The notes under the pieces were generated by a model. The model was given only the letters and a program-made list of their open reading frames with translations. It was not told the DNA's origin and did no database searches. 64,000 bases of DNA from Pseudomonadota bacterium. Its GTDB lineage: Bacteria > Pseudomonadota > Gammaproteobacteria > Burkholderiales > REEB80. How positions within the stretch are numbered: the stretch's first letter is position 1; each line of letters begins with the position of its first letter. The translations under genes and the position numbers were made by a program. Location: contig JAGWIG010000011.1 in the NCBI GenBank assembly GCA_028873515.1, positions 2,991 through 66,990 on the forward strand, written 5' to 3'. Positions 1-8,872 of the stretch are shown piece by piece.

Positions 1-362
1 TCTTCCCCTGCCTTCATTTCATCTTTCGGTCCAGGAGTGCCTTGAGCTGGTGGCAGGCTTGCATAATAATTTGCCAGATTGTGGATGGTCATGTCGTCCA
101 GCTGTGCTGCCATACCCCACATGTAGGCCTGTGCATCCGGATCGGTGCGGGTCTGGCTACGAAAAGCCTTAAGCTGCTCTTCAATGTAGGTGGCTCTTTG
201 TCCTGCAAGCCGTGGGAACATTGGGGAGATGCTGATCCCGGCAGCGCCATGACAGGATGAACAGATTGAACTTGCAATGGTAGCCGCATCTTCTTGTGCT
301 GAGGCAGGAATCGCAGAAACCAGAAGACTCAGGCTTGCAAGGAATAGGAATAGGTTTCGCAT
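1..362 (-). CDS. c-type cytochrome, class I (c4-like); N-terminal 120 codons only, runs off the left edge
   Basis: Hand translation from the ATG at 362 gives MRNLFLFLASLSLLVSAIPASA (signal peptide), then a CSSCH heme motif and PRLAGQ...Y...QL, typical of c4/c552 domains. A Pro/Gly linker follows, suggesting a second domain. SD AAGGGAAG lies 13 bp after the upstream stop. Not in the ORF track because it is edge-truncated. Confidence 0.75.
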   Translation of the reverse strand, partial: MRNLFLFLASLSLLVSAIPASAQEDAATIASSICSSCHGAAGISISPMFPRLAGQRATYIEEQLKAFRSQTRTDPDAQAYMWGMAAQLDDMTIHNLANYYASLPPAQGTPGPKDEMKAGE

Positions 363-375
363 TTTAGCTTCCCTT

Positions 376-1773
376 TCAGAAATTGAACCAGCCAAGCAGG
401 TAGAGTGTATTGTTGTCAGACGCATTTCTGCCTAGGCCGTCATAATTGCTCGATCCGCCATTAAATTTTGTATACATGGTGTACTGGAGCGAGAATTTTG
501 TATTGAGCCACGGGAGATAATCCAGCTCTGCAATATAGCCTTGGGTATCAGGGCTGTTGCTTGCACTGCCTGAATAAGCAGCTCCCTGCGGATAAAGCAG
601 GGCATCAGATGTTCCAGTCGTATTGAAGAAGCCGAATGTTCCGCCAAGCTCATGATTATAGAGATAAGCGGCAGTCAGGCGCAATTCGTTAAGCTTGTCT
701 TTCAGGTTGGAAGCTCCCCCGCTGGCAAAGGCGGCATTAAGCGTCTGATCTTCATGAATGTAGCGGCCTTGCAGGGTTATAGCCTGCGTATCGGTAATCC
801 ACTGGTACTGGGTATCGAAGCTCACGTCATTGAAATTGTTGGTTGGCCCTTCAAGAGCGACGCCATTACCAGGAAGAAGCTTGGTATCGATGCCTGAGAA
901 CCCGGCTTCCCAGGAATTTGACCCCCAGTCTTTTTCCGCGGCGATTCTCCAGTATGGAGACAGACCACTTATGACATTGCTATCACCGCTGTCAAGAGGT
1001 CCTTGCCCGGTAATTCCGGTGGCACCCTGTCGGGCAGTACGGTATGCGGAGACCTCAGCATAGAGCCAGTTGTTCCACCAGACATAAGCACCCAGCCCGC
1101 CAACGTCTCCAGCCAAGGTTCCATCAAGCAGGGGAGAGGCTACAGAACCTGGTGCTGCAGAAGGTGTGCCATAAGGGAAGCCCCAGGCTGGCGTGCTGTT
1201 CCAGACATCTTCAACGCTTGGGTTATTGTTGAGGGTAAAACCCCAGACCAGGGGATCGTTTGGAGTCAGTGGGCTCTGGTAACGATCCGCAAAACGGATG
1301 TCCGTATTGTCCATACCCCAGCTTCCAGATCCGGCATCATAAGTCATCTGGATGAAAGCCCCCATCTTCGGGGCAAGACGGCCGGCATAGAACAGGCTGA
1401 CCTGTTGAGGAAACTGGACCTGGCCATTTTGTGCAAGTGCCCCAGTAAGTGCACTGTCTGGCAGTGATTTGTTAGTACGTGTTACGGATCCCTGGAACAT
1501 CAAGGAAAGAGGAGGAATCTGGTTAAGCAACAGGAGATCCCTTTGCGAGAGCGAACTCGCGCTGACCTGTCTGAGGTTATCGACAACATAGCCATTTAGT
1601 TTGAACTGGCGCCCGAAAGGGGTCAGTTCCGGGAACTGGGTGTGGCAGGCGATACATGCCATGCCAGTTTGTCGTGCAAAGCTAGGTACAGCTTGTGCGG
1701 TTACCGAGATGCCGATTCCTGACAGGCTGATGAGTAAGACACTTAATTTTTTGGCGTACCGGTAAGTTGCCAT
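376..1773 (-). CDS. secreted monoheme cytochrome c fused to a predicted outer-membrane beta-barrel (Cyc2-like candidate)
   Basis: The ATG at 1773 has SD GGAG 6 nt upstream; the track starts at the GTG at 1785. Signal peptide ends ...VTAQA. The single CXXCH (CIACH) lies 12 residues into the mature protein. The remaining ~420 aa are Gly/aromatic/polar-rich and strand-like, ending ...LLGWFNF (terminal-Phe OMP signature). Confidence 0.55.
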   Translation of the reverse strand: MATYRYAKKLSVLLISLSGIGISVTAQAVPSFARQTGMACIACHTQFPELTPFGRQFKLNGYVVDNLRQVSASSLSQRDLLLLNQIPPLSLMFQGSVTRTNKSLPDSALTGALAQNGQVQFPQQVSLFYAGRLAPKMGAFIQMTYDAGSGSWGMDNTDIRFADRYQSPLTPNDPLVWGFTLNNNPSVEDVWNSTPAWGFPYGTPSAAPGSVASPLLDGTLAGDVGGLGAYVWWNNWLYAEVSAYRTARQGATGITGQGPLDSGDSNVISGLSPYWRIAAEKDWGSNSWEAGFSGIDTKLLPGNGVALEGPTNNFNDVSFDTQYQWITDTQAITLQGRYIHEDQTLNAAFASGGASNLKDKLNELRLTAAYLYNHELGGTFGFFNTTGTSDALLYPQGAAYSGSASNSPDTQGYIAELDYLPWLNTKFSLQYTMYTKFNGGSSNYDGLGRNASDNNTLYLLGWFNF

Positions 1774-1831
1774 TTTATTCTCCACTGAGCGATGAACTAC
1801 ACTTGAGTTATTAAACCTTTATTCAGTATGG

Positions 1832-1872
1832 ATTCTAGTAGAATCTTAAAATACGATTTTGATGTAAATCAA
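1832..1872 (-). promoter_or_regulatory. class II FNR/CRP-family-dependent promoter candidate for the cytochrome operon
   Basis: A perfect FNR consensus, TTGAT-N4-ATCAA, sits at 1859-1872. 21 nt downstream on the minus strand is a TAGAAT -10 hexamer (1837-1832). This places the box centre at about -40.5/-41.5. Confidence 0.55.
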
Positions 1873-2307
1873 AATTGGTAAAGATTGCCCAGCCCGTTTT
1901 TTTATTAATCGGGAAAAGTGGGTTTACCGGGCTAAACCGCTAAAGCGGGTACAGGCACTGTTTCTTGACGTTTCATCCTTAAACGGCGATGGACGATTGC
2001 CTGTATTGGGCGGGTCTTGTGTTTATGTTTCATAGAGGTTTTATTGAGTAGCGGAACCTCTGCCCTAATTAGCGCCTAATTCCAGTTTGAGCTTGAAATG
2101 TCTGAGGAAGAATGTTTAAGGAAGGTTCACGCTACAGGTTACAAAAGATTGCGATTCATTTTTTCTGGAGCTCGGCATCCTGAGTGGCTCATCTGATCTT
2201 AGGCAATTACAAAGCAATCGGATTATCCTGTGACTTGATGGTTGGCAGGATATGGAGCCTTATCCAGGGTTACACTGAGTCAAGAGCATGGTTTTGGTGA
2301 AGGGGAA

Positions 2308-2637
2308 TCAGTGAAGTCCGGCAAGCGCGAGGGCTAATTCGGATTGTGAGCGTTTATACCGGGCTGCATGGTAGAATACAAACACCTGTTTGCTACGTAG
2401 CTTGGGCACGGTCAGTTGATACGGACCCATCCAGATATTTCTGGGAACAATTTCATCGAGATTGTGTGGCAAGTCGTCAATAAAAACCTGCCAGGCCGAA
2501 TCATTGCGGAAATATTCAAAAGCAACATCAGCATGCCGTTGTACTAGTTTCCAGAAGGATGAACTTGAACCTCGATACCAGCTACGGTAGCTATAAACGC
2601 AAGTCATAAAGGCAACAAGTGCAGCAAATTTACGCAT
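2308..2637 (-). CDS. hypothetical small protein with N-terminal hydrophobic signal/anchor
   Basis: ORF with the ATG at 2637 preceded by SD GGAGGG. MRKFAALVAFMTCVYS is a hydrophobic N-terminus. I recognise no family motif. Confidence 0.4.
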   Translation of the reverse strand: MRKFAALVAFMTCVYSYRSWYRGSSSSFWKLVQRHADVAFEYFRNDSAWQVFIDDLPHNLDEIVPRNIWMGPYQLTVPKLRSKQVFVFYHAARYKRSQSELALALAGLH

Positions 2638-2914
2638 TTTTGAGTACCCTCCGGGAATTGAAAGCAATGGCTTAGTCTGTATACGAAAGATACCATGGCT
2701 TATAGTATGCTAATGGCTCGAGCAGAAAGTGTAAACTTGAAAAGTATTATTTATTTATTTTGATGGCGGTTTTTTATGTAAGGCCATCAAGGGCTGGCAG
2801 GAGTATGAAATCCGGAAAACTCCAGTTTAGCTTGATGGATATTTTTGGTACGATTTATTTGTTGTCGGTTTTTTTTACTGCTTCGTGTGCAGGGCATTTT
2901 GTTCGGGACAGGTT

Positions 2915-3919
2915 ATGAGGATTAAGGGCTTTCTGGTTGTTCTTTGTTTGACCACAGGTATAGCCTGTGTGCTGCTACCTTCGTACGGTATGGCAGATCC
3001 TGTTGTCATCCAGCAGAAATTGCAAGCCATCCCTGATAACAGTGATGATGCCTTGGTGGTATTTGCAAAAGATGGCAGCGTAATTCGGGGAGATGATGCT
3101 CTTGATCTGATGCAGTCCAACAAGACTGATTTGAATATTTGGCTGGGCGGACGTCATTTTTTTGGAATTAAGGCTGTGATTCGTGCCTGGCAGAAGCGGT
3201 ATGGTGGAACTGTTGGCTTAATTACCCTTCCTTCAAAAAGGATTGCCGGGGGAATTGTTGATGGGGGCTGGATTTACCGGGGGAGGAGTTTCAGCATGCG
3301 CCCGGATGTATTCGGGATGATAGGAACAAGAGAGATCAGGAAATTGAAAGATGCCGGGCTTGCGACTGTCAACGTCACCTATGCACATAATGAGCTTGCC
3401 CTGATTGTAGCAAAAGGCAATCCCAAGCATATTCATCAAATTGAGGATTTGGCCCGGCCTAACCTGCATATCATGCTGCCTAACCCGGTTGATGAACGCA
3501 TCATGAAAGTCTATGCTCGAAAAATGCTGGAAAGGTTTCATTTGTGGAAGCGTCTTTCAGGAGGAAAAGATTGTGCGGCTTGCCAGGCAGGCCACGGAGT
3601 GTACTTTACTTCGGCACATGACCTGGAAATTCCTGAAGGAGTCCGTAATGGCCGGGCTGACGTGGGGCTATTATGGCTAACCGAGTGTCAGAATGCTCTT
3701 GGGCACCGATTTAATGTCAGTGTTGTCAGATTACCGCCTGCTCAGAGCCTGAGAGGCGAACTTAGCTATATTGCTGCAGAAGGATCCGCCATCCGCCATC
3801 CTGCTGCTGCCAGGCAGTTCCTGAAATTTTTGGGTTCACAGGAAGCCCAGTCGATTTTAACCAGGCATGGATACATAGGTGCAGATAAATGGGAGTTAAA
3901 AATACGAAAAATTAAATGA
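2915..3919 (+). CDS. periplasmic substrate-binding protein, ModA/SBP_bac_11-like fold, ligand unknown (no cognate permease or ATPase nearby)
   Basis: 334 aa from the ATG at 2915, with a signal peptide (MRIKGFLVVLCLTTGIA). Segments such as YAHNELALIVAKGNPKHIHQIEDLARP and GRADVGLLWLTE resemble molybdate/tungstate-type binding proteins. Confidence 0.5.
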   Translation: MRIKGFLVVLCLTTGIACVLLPSYGMADPVVIQQKLQAIPDNSDDALVVFAKDGSVIRGDDALDLMQSNKTDLNIWLGGRHFFGIKAVIRAWQKRYGGTVGLITLPSKRIAGGIVDGGWIYRGRSFSMRPDVFGMIGTREIRKLKDAGLATVNVTYAHNELALIVAKGNPKHIHQIEDLARPNLHIMLPNPVDERIMKVYARKMLERFHLWKRLSGGKDCAACQAGHGVYFTSAHDLEIPEGVRNGRADVGLLWLTECQNALGHRFNVSVVRLPPAQSLRGELSYIAAEGSAIRHPAAARQFLKFLGSQEAQSILTRHGYIGADKWELKIRKIK

Positions 3920-4216
3920 TTAATCAATAACTTCAATGTGGTTTATGATTTTCTCGGCACCTGCATTTTTTGCCAGAGCGTTTGCTTTGTACAAAAGCCA
4001 GTCGCTCCTCACGTGACCACGAAGTAAGATGGCTTGATGTTGAGTTAAGACAGTAATATTGTATTCGGAAAGCTCTGAATCCTGGCCGAGGGCCTTTTGC
4101 ACTTTCGCTGCAAGGGCGGCAGAATGATTCATGGGGATGGCTCTGGCAACAGAAGCCATGCCCGCCATCAAGATGACGAGCATGAAAGAATGAGTCCATT
4201 TTTTTAGTTTGAACAC
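3920..4216 (-). CDS. BON domain-containing periplasmic protein (OsmY-like)
   Basis: GTG start at 4216 with a strong SD (AAGGAGGAG). Signal peptide MFKLKKWTHSFMLVILMAGMASVARA, followed by a single BON-like domain (...LLRGHV...A..A.NAGAEKIINHIEV). The longer track ORF (to 4447) overlaps grxD and is rejected. Confidence 0.65.
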   Translation of the reverse strand: MFKLKKWTHSFMLVILMAGMASVARAIPMNHSAALAAKVQKALGQDSELSEYNITVLTQHQAILLRGHVRSDWLLYKANALAKNAGAEKIINHIEVID

Positions 4217-4268
4217 TTCTCCTCCTTGTTTTGAAAAGGGGGGAAACCTGCACTTGCTAACTTTTGTT

Positions 4269-4595
4269 TCAGATGTTTTCAGCCTGGGCCTCTTGAATAA
4301 TTTTCTGTAATTCTCCAGAGTCAAACATCTGACGCATAATATCAGCGCCTCCAACAAATTCTCCCTTGATATAAAGCTGCGGGATAGTTGGCCAGTTTGA
4401 ATATTCCTTGATACCTTGACGGATTGCCGGGTCAACCAGCACATCAATTGCTAGAACATTTTTAAGCCCACAGGCAGACAAAAGCTGAACCGCACTTGCA
4501 GAAAATCCGCACTGTGGCATCTGTGGGGTTCCTTTCATGAATAGAACAACGGGGTGACTGTTGATCTGTTCTTTGATAGCTTCCCGGGTATCCAA
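4269..4595 (-). CDS. grxD: Grx4-family monothiol glutaredoxin
   Basis: CGFS active-site motif (PQCGFS) and full-length similarity to monothiol glutaredoxins; 108 aa. Confidence 0.93.
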   Translation of the reverse strand: MDTREAIKEQINSHPVVLFMKGTPQMPQCGFSASAVQLLSACGLKNVLAIDVLVDPAIRQGIKEYSNWPTIPQLYIKGEFVGGADIMRQMFDSGELQKIIQEAQAENI

Positions 4596-4718
4596 TTGTT
4601 GCTCCTAAATGTTAACCTGATTAACTGCTTGACTGAATTGATTAAGTACTCTAGCTTCAATCAATTCTGGCGTCAAGTTTTGGGTAGTGATTTTCGCACA
4701 GCATTACTCAAGCCAGGT

Positions 4719-5399
4719 TCAGAATACGCTTTCCAGAAAGCCGAGGGTACGTCTCATGGCCTTATCTGATGCTCCCTTGTGATAACTGCTACGTTCATTG
4801 CAGTTGAACCCATGCCCAGCGCCCTGGTAGATGTGGCTGATGGCCCCTGGGTAACGTTTCTTGAGTGTTTCTGGCACCCTGAGCGGGATAGAGCGATCAT
4901 CTTGCCCAAAATGGGCCAGCAAAGGAACTTGAGGTGCTTTTTCAAGAAATTCCCCAATTTGTCCACCATAATAGCAGATTGAAGCTGAAATAGGGAGCTG
5001 CGAGGCAGCAAGCCATGCAAGGGTTCCACCCCAGCAGAATCCTATTACCGCAATACTTTGGTGATCAGTAAAAAAATTGATTGCGGAATGGATGTCCTTT
5101 AATGCATCATCCCAGGAAATTTTTCCTTTAAGGGCTATCCCGGATGCAATACCTGCCTCATCATAGGCAAGATCTACATTTTTTTCAGCCCGCTCAAACA
5201 GTGCAGGAGCTATTGCTGTGTATCCCGCTGAGGCCAGGTTAAGAACGATAGAACGGATATGGTGGTTAACCCCGAAAATTTCCTGCACGATAATCACATT
5301 TCCCCGTGAGGTTTCTTCAGGGCGGGCTATAAAAGCGGGGAGTTTATGGTTATCTGATGCAGTCAGATTGACCCAGTCACTTTGAGTTGTTTGGCTCAT
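4719..5399 (-). CDS. dienelactone hydrolase family protein
   Basis: 226 aa alpha/beta hydrolase with the DLH-type nucleophile elbow GFCWGG and a C-terminal GAGHGF. Confidence 0.8.
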   Translation of the reverse strand: MSQTTQSDWVNLTASDNHKLPAFIARPEETSRGNVIIVQEIFGVNHHIRSIVLNLASAGYTAIAPALFERAEKNVDLAYDEAGIASGIALKGKISWDDALKDIHSAINFFTDHQSIAVIGFCWGGTLAWLAASQLPISASICYYGGQIGEFLEKAPQVPLLAHFGQDDRSIPLRVPETLKKRYPGAISHIYQGAGHGFNCNERSSYHKGASDKAMRRTLGFLESVF

Positions 5400-5437
5400 T
5401 TCGTTGTCCTTTCATCTGTAAGTCCAGGTTGTTTTCC

Positions 5438-6304
5438 TTAGGCTGCTGGCTGATTCGAAACAGGATTGGTTTTCCCATAGGTGACTCGATCCAGGCCGGC
5501 GAGATCCTTGATACACATCACGTTTGTAAAGCCACTTGTGTAAAAGAGTTCATGACATGCCTGTCCTTGGTCGTAGCCATGTTCACAGACGAGCAGACCA
5601 CCAGAATGCAGATGTTGATGGGCGTTCTTAATGATATTTCTTAATGCATCCAGCCCGTCTTCCCCTGATATCAGGGCCTGGGGAGGTTCAAAATTCAGCC
5701 TGGCAAGATGAGGATCGTTTAATGCAATATAAGGGGGGTTGGAAAGAATGCAATCAAAGCATTTCTTTTCGAGTCCAAGAAACCAGTCTGCCTTAATGAA
5801 CCTGACTTGGTCAAGCCCCAGACGCCGTGCATTTTTTTGGGCGACATCCAGAGCTTCATCTGAAAGATCCGTTGCTGTAATTATCCAGTTGGGGCGGAGT
5901 TTTGCAAGACAAAGGGCAATAGAACCGCTGCCAGTTCCAAGATCGAGAATTTCAAGGGGCTGATGTTCTGGCAGGCGACATAATGCAGTTTCGACCAGAA
6001 TTTCTGTTTCAGGTCGTGGGATAAGCACAGAAGCTGAGATTTTCAGCTCAATATTGTAGAATTCCTGTTTGCCGGTAATGTAGGCGATGGGCTCACCTGC
6101 AAGCCTTCGTTCAACAAGTTTTTTGTAAGAGGCTGTCTGGGCTGCTGACAGTAAGGTTTCAGGATGGGCGATGAGCCACGAGATCTGTTTATCGAGCATA
6201 GAAGACATCAGCATCCGGGATTCAAGACGGGCTTGCCGGGGGCCTATTTTGAGACTTCTTTCAATACTCCTGGAAGCGGTTGTCAACTGGTTGTTAAGGC
6301 TCAT
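5438..6304 (-). CDS. prmC: peptide chain release factor N5-glutamine methyltransferase
   Basis: SAM motif ILDLGTGSG and NPPY motif (LSNPPYI). It sits immediately downstream of prfA with a 1-nt overlap. Confidence 0.92.
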   Translation of the reverse strand: MSLNNQLTTASRSIERSLKIGPRQARLESRMLMSSMLDKQISWLIAHPETLLSAAQTASYKKLVERRLAGEPIAYITGKQEFYNIELKISASVLIPRPETEILVETALCRLPEHQPLEILDLGTGSGSIALCLAKLRPNWIITATDLSDEALDVAQKNARRLGLDQVRFIKADWFLGLEKKCFDCILSNPPYIALNDPHLARLNFEPPQALISGEDGLDALRNIIKNAHQHLHSGGLLVCEHGYDQGQACHELFYTSGFTNVMCIKDLAGLDRVTYGKTNPVSNQPAA

Positions 6305-7389
6305 TAGGCAGAAGTCTCGCTCAAGGAGGCTAAAAGTTCAGCCTGATGTTCCTGTGCAAGGGGCTCAAAAAGATCTTCCAGATCGCCGTCCATGATTGCA
6401 TCAATCTTGTAGAGGGTTAAGTTGATGCGGTGATCTGTAACCCGGCCTTGAGGAAAATTGTAGGTACGAATCCGCTCTGATCGATCCCCGGAACCAATGA
6501 GAAGTTTTCGTGTAGCCGCTTCCTTGGCGTGGCGTTCACGGTTTTGTATGTCTTTCAGGCGTGCTGCCAGCACGGACAAGGCTTGTGCCTTGTTCTTGTG
6601 CTGGCTCCGCCCATCCTGGCATTCCACGACAAGTCCAGTTGGAAGATGGGTGACCCTTACTGCAGAATCGGTTTTATTGATATGTTGTCCACCCGCTCCT
6701 GAGGCCCTGAAGGTATCAATTCGTAGTTCGGAAGGGTTGATGTCAATTTCTTCAGCTTCATCGGCTTCGGGCATGACGGCGACAGTGCAGGCTGAGGTAT
6801 GGATACGGCCTTGAGTTTCTGTAGCGGGAACGCGTTGCACCCTGTGCCCGCCCGATTCGAATTTCAGTCGGGAATAAGCGCCTTCTCCGATGATGCGGAT
6901 AATGACTTCTTTATAACCTCCAAGATCACTCGGACTCTCGGAGATTAACTCAATCTGCCAGTTTTGTCTTTCGGCATAGCGGCTATACATCCGTAGCAGG
7001 TCTGCGGCAAAAAGCGCAGATTCTTCACCGCCGGTACCCGCCCGTATTTCCAGGAAAAGGTTGTGCTCATCATCTGGATCCTTGGGTAGGAGGGCGATTT
7101 CAAGGTCATGTTCGATTTGTGAAAGCCTTGCTTCAATACTTGTGATTTCGCTTTCGGCATAATCCCGCATTTGTGGATCCGACCGCATTTCATGGGCTGC
7201 TGCCAAATCTTTTTCCCTGTCCAGATATGAGCGATAAAGAGAAACAAGAGGCATGATTTCGGCATGTTCACGCGATAATTTCCGGTAGCTGCTCAGATCG
7301 CGGGTTGCGGTCTCCTGGCTGAGAAGGAGATTGATCTCCTCCAGGCGGTCGGCCAGGCCGGAAAGTTTTTGCTGGATTGAAGGTGTCAT
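6304..7389 (-). CDS. prfA: peptide chain release factor 1
   Basis: GGQ motif ([16 protein letters not shown]) and RF1-type PAT tripeptide (RVPATE); 361 aa. Confidence 0.97.
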   Translation of the reverse strand: MTPSIQQKLSGLADRLEEINLLLSQETATRDLSSYRKLSREHAEIMPLVSLYRSYLDREKDLAAAHEMRSDPQMRDYAESEITSIEARLSQIEHDLEIALLPKDPDDEHNLFLEIRAGTGGEESALFAADLLRMYSRYAERQNWQIELISESPSDLGGYKEVIIRIIGEGAYSRLKFESGGHRVQRVPATETQGRIHTSACTVAVMPEADEAEEIDINPSELRIDTFRASGAGGQHINKTDSAVRVTHLPTGLVVECQDGRSQHKNKAQALSVLAARLKDIQNRERHAKEAATRKLLIGSGDRSERIRTYNFPQGRVTDHRINLTLYKIDAIMDGDLEDLFEPLAQEHQAELLASLSETSA

Positions 7390-8639
7390 GTGCGATCGTG
7401 GATAGAATAAATGCGGCGTAGCCAGTGTTCCAGCTCATAACGTTCTTCCCCGTTTAGCTGGTTTAGGGCATGGGTGGGAATGTGCAGGAATTTTTTGGTC
7501 AGTGAAAGGGCAAGCTGTTCCATGACCAGGCTAGGATCCTCACCGGCGTGGAGGCGTTTTTGGGCGCGCTGGAGTTCCTGCTGTCGATAACCTTCAACAT
7601 GATCGCGTATGGCGACTATGGTTGGAACCATTTTGCGTTTGTTTAGCCAGTTCATGAATTCGCTGACTCGGGTTTCAATAATGATTTCTGCCTGAACAGC
7701 TGCGGTTTGGCGTGCATTGAGGTTTTCTTCAACGATGCGGGCCAGATCATCAATACTGTAAAGGTAAATATCATCCAGTTTCCCAACCTCAGGCTCAATG
7801 TCACGTGGCACAGCCAGATCAACCATGAACATGGGTTTATGCCGTCTGCGGCGAATGGATCGTTCAACGAGACCCAGACCCAGGATAGGCAGGGGGCTGC
7901 CTGTAGAGGTGATGATGATGTCCTGGTTTGGAAGAGTTTCAGGTAGGGCTGAAAATTCAATGGCCAGACCATTAAAGCGGTCTGCGAGAGTCTGTGCTCG
8001 GGAAAGCGTTCGATTGGCAATAGTCAGGTGGCGTGGATGATGAGTGGCAAAGTGTGTTGCACATAATTCGATCATTTCACCGGCACCGATGAATAGAACA
8101 TTCTGTTCATTAATTCGGTCAAAAATCCGTTCAGCCAGTTTGACTGTGGCAGCGGCCATTGAAGTCTGGGCACTGCCGATATTGGTGCCTGAGCGAATTT
8201 CCTTGGCGACTGAAAAAGTGGTCTGAAACAATTTATGTAACAGAGCCCCGAGACTCCCAGCCATTTGGGCAGCCTTGACTGCATGTTTGACCTGGCCCAG
8301 GATTTGGGTTTCGCCTAGAATCATTGAATCCAGCCCCCCCGCTACCCGGAAAATATGGCGGACGGCCTCACCCTCCCGGAGGGTATAAAGTGAAGATCCC
8401 AGTTTGGCGGGATCCTGTTTGTGATACTGTGCCAGCCAGTTTGTAACAGCGTCTGGCATGTCTGTGTGGCAATAGAGTTCGGTACGGTTGCAAGTCGACA
8501 AAATTGCAGCTTCCCTTACAGAACCTTCGTGCATTAACTGATCCAATGCTTCAGGAAGTGTTTCTGAAGGAAACGCTATCTGTTCCCGGATATCTATCGG
8601 GGCGCTATGATGATTAAGTCCGAACGTGTATAACTGCAT
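7386..8639 (-). CDS. hemA: glutamyl-tRNA reductase
   Basis: Catalytic Cys motif STCNRTELY and NADPH-binding GAGEM. The N-terminus aligns from [11 protein letters not shown] (ATG at 8639); the track ORF extends to 8678. Confidence 0.95.
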   Translation of the reverse strand: MQLYTFGLNHHSAPIDIREQIAFPSETLPEALDQLMHEGSVREAAILSTCNRTELYCHTDMPDAVTNWLAQYHKQDPAKLGSSLYTLREGEAVRHIFRVAGGLDSMILGETQILGQVKHAVKAAQMAGSLGALLHKLFQTTFSVAKEIRSGTNIGSAQTSMAAATVKLAERIFDRINEQNVLFIGAGEMIELCATHFATHHPRHLTIANRTLSRAQTLADRFNGLAIEFSALPETLPNQDIIITSTGSPLPILGLGLVERSIRRRRHKPMFMVDLAVPRDIEPEVGKLDDIYLYSIDDLARIVEENLNARQTAAVQAEIIIETRVSEFMNWLNKRKMVPTIVAIRDHVEGYRQQELQRAQKRLHAGEDPSLVMEQLALSLTKKFLHIPTHALNQLNGEERYELEHWLRRIYSIHDRT

Positions 8640-8872
8640 GTTTTTCAGCTGTTGTCGCCTTGATTGGAAGGCGTTCACCCACTCCCGGGATGCGGGTATT
8701 GAGGCATCCAGGATGGAATCGAACTTTTTAAACTCTTCGGCAAACCATTATATCATTTTTTTTAGTGCCTCCCCAATGATAAGGATAAGGGGTTCATGTG
8801 CCGCGCTTGCTCATCGTCCTTATCTGGCTCTTGCGCCTTTAGCCTTCTGGACTATACGATGAACCAATGTGA

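Noticed and set aside
1003-1467. 154-aa plus-strand ORF, and neighbouring ORFs at 652-1232, inside the cytochrome-barrel gene
   Set aside because: They are antisense to a longer ORF that has a signal peptide, a heme motif and an OMP C-terminus. Their composition is Arg/Cys/Pro-rich, which is typical of non-coding frames.
2760-2790. 8-bp inverted repeat TTGATGGC-N15-GCCATCAA in the divergent region upstream of the binding-protein gene, superficially FNR-like (TTGAT...ATCAA)
   Set aside because: The spacing between the TTGAT and ATCAA halves is 21 bp, not 4, so it is not an FNR site. It could be a hairpin or another operator, but nothing supports a specific call.
3920-4447. 175-aa track ORF that would give the BON protein a 77-aa N-terminal extension
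   Set aside because: The extension overlaps grxD (4269-4595) in another frame and has no signal peptide. A GTG at 4216 with a strong AAGGAGGAG SD yields a normal signal peptide plus BON protein.
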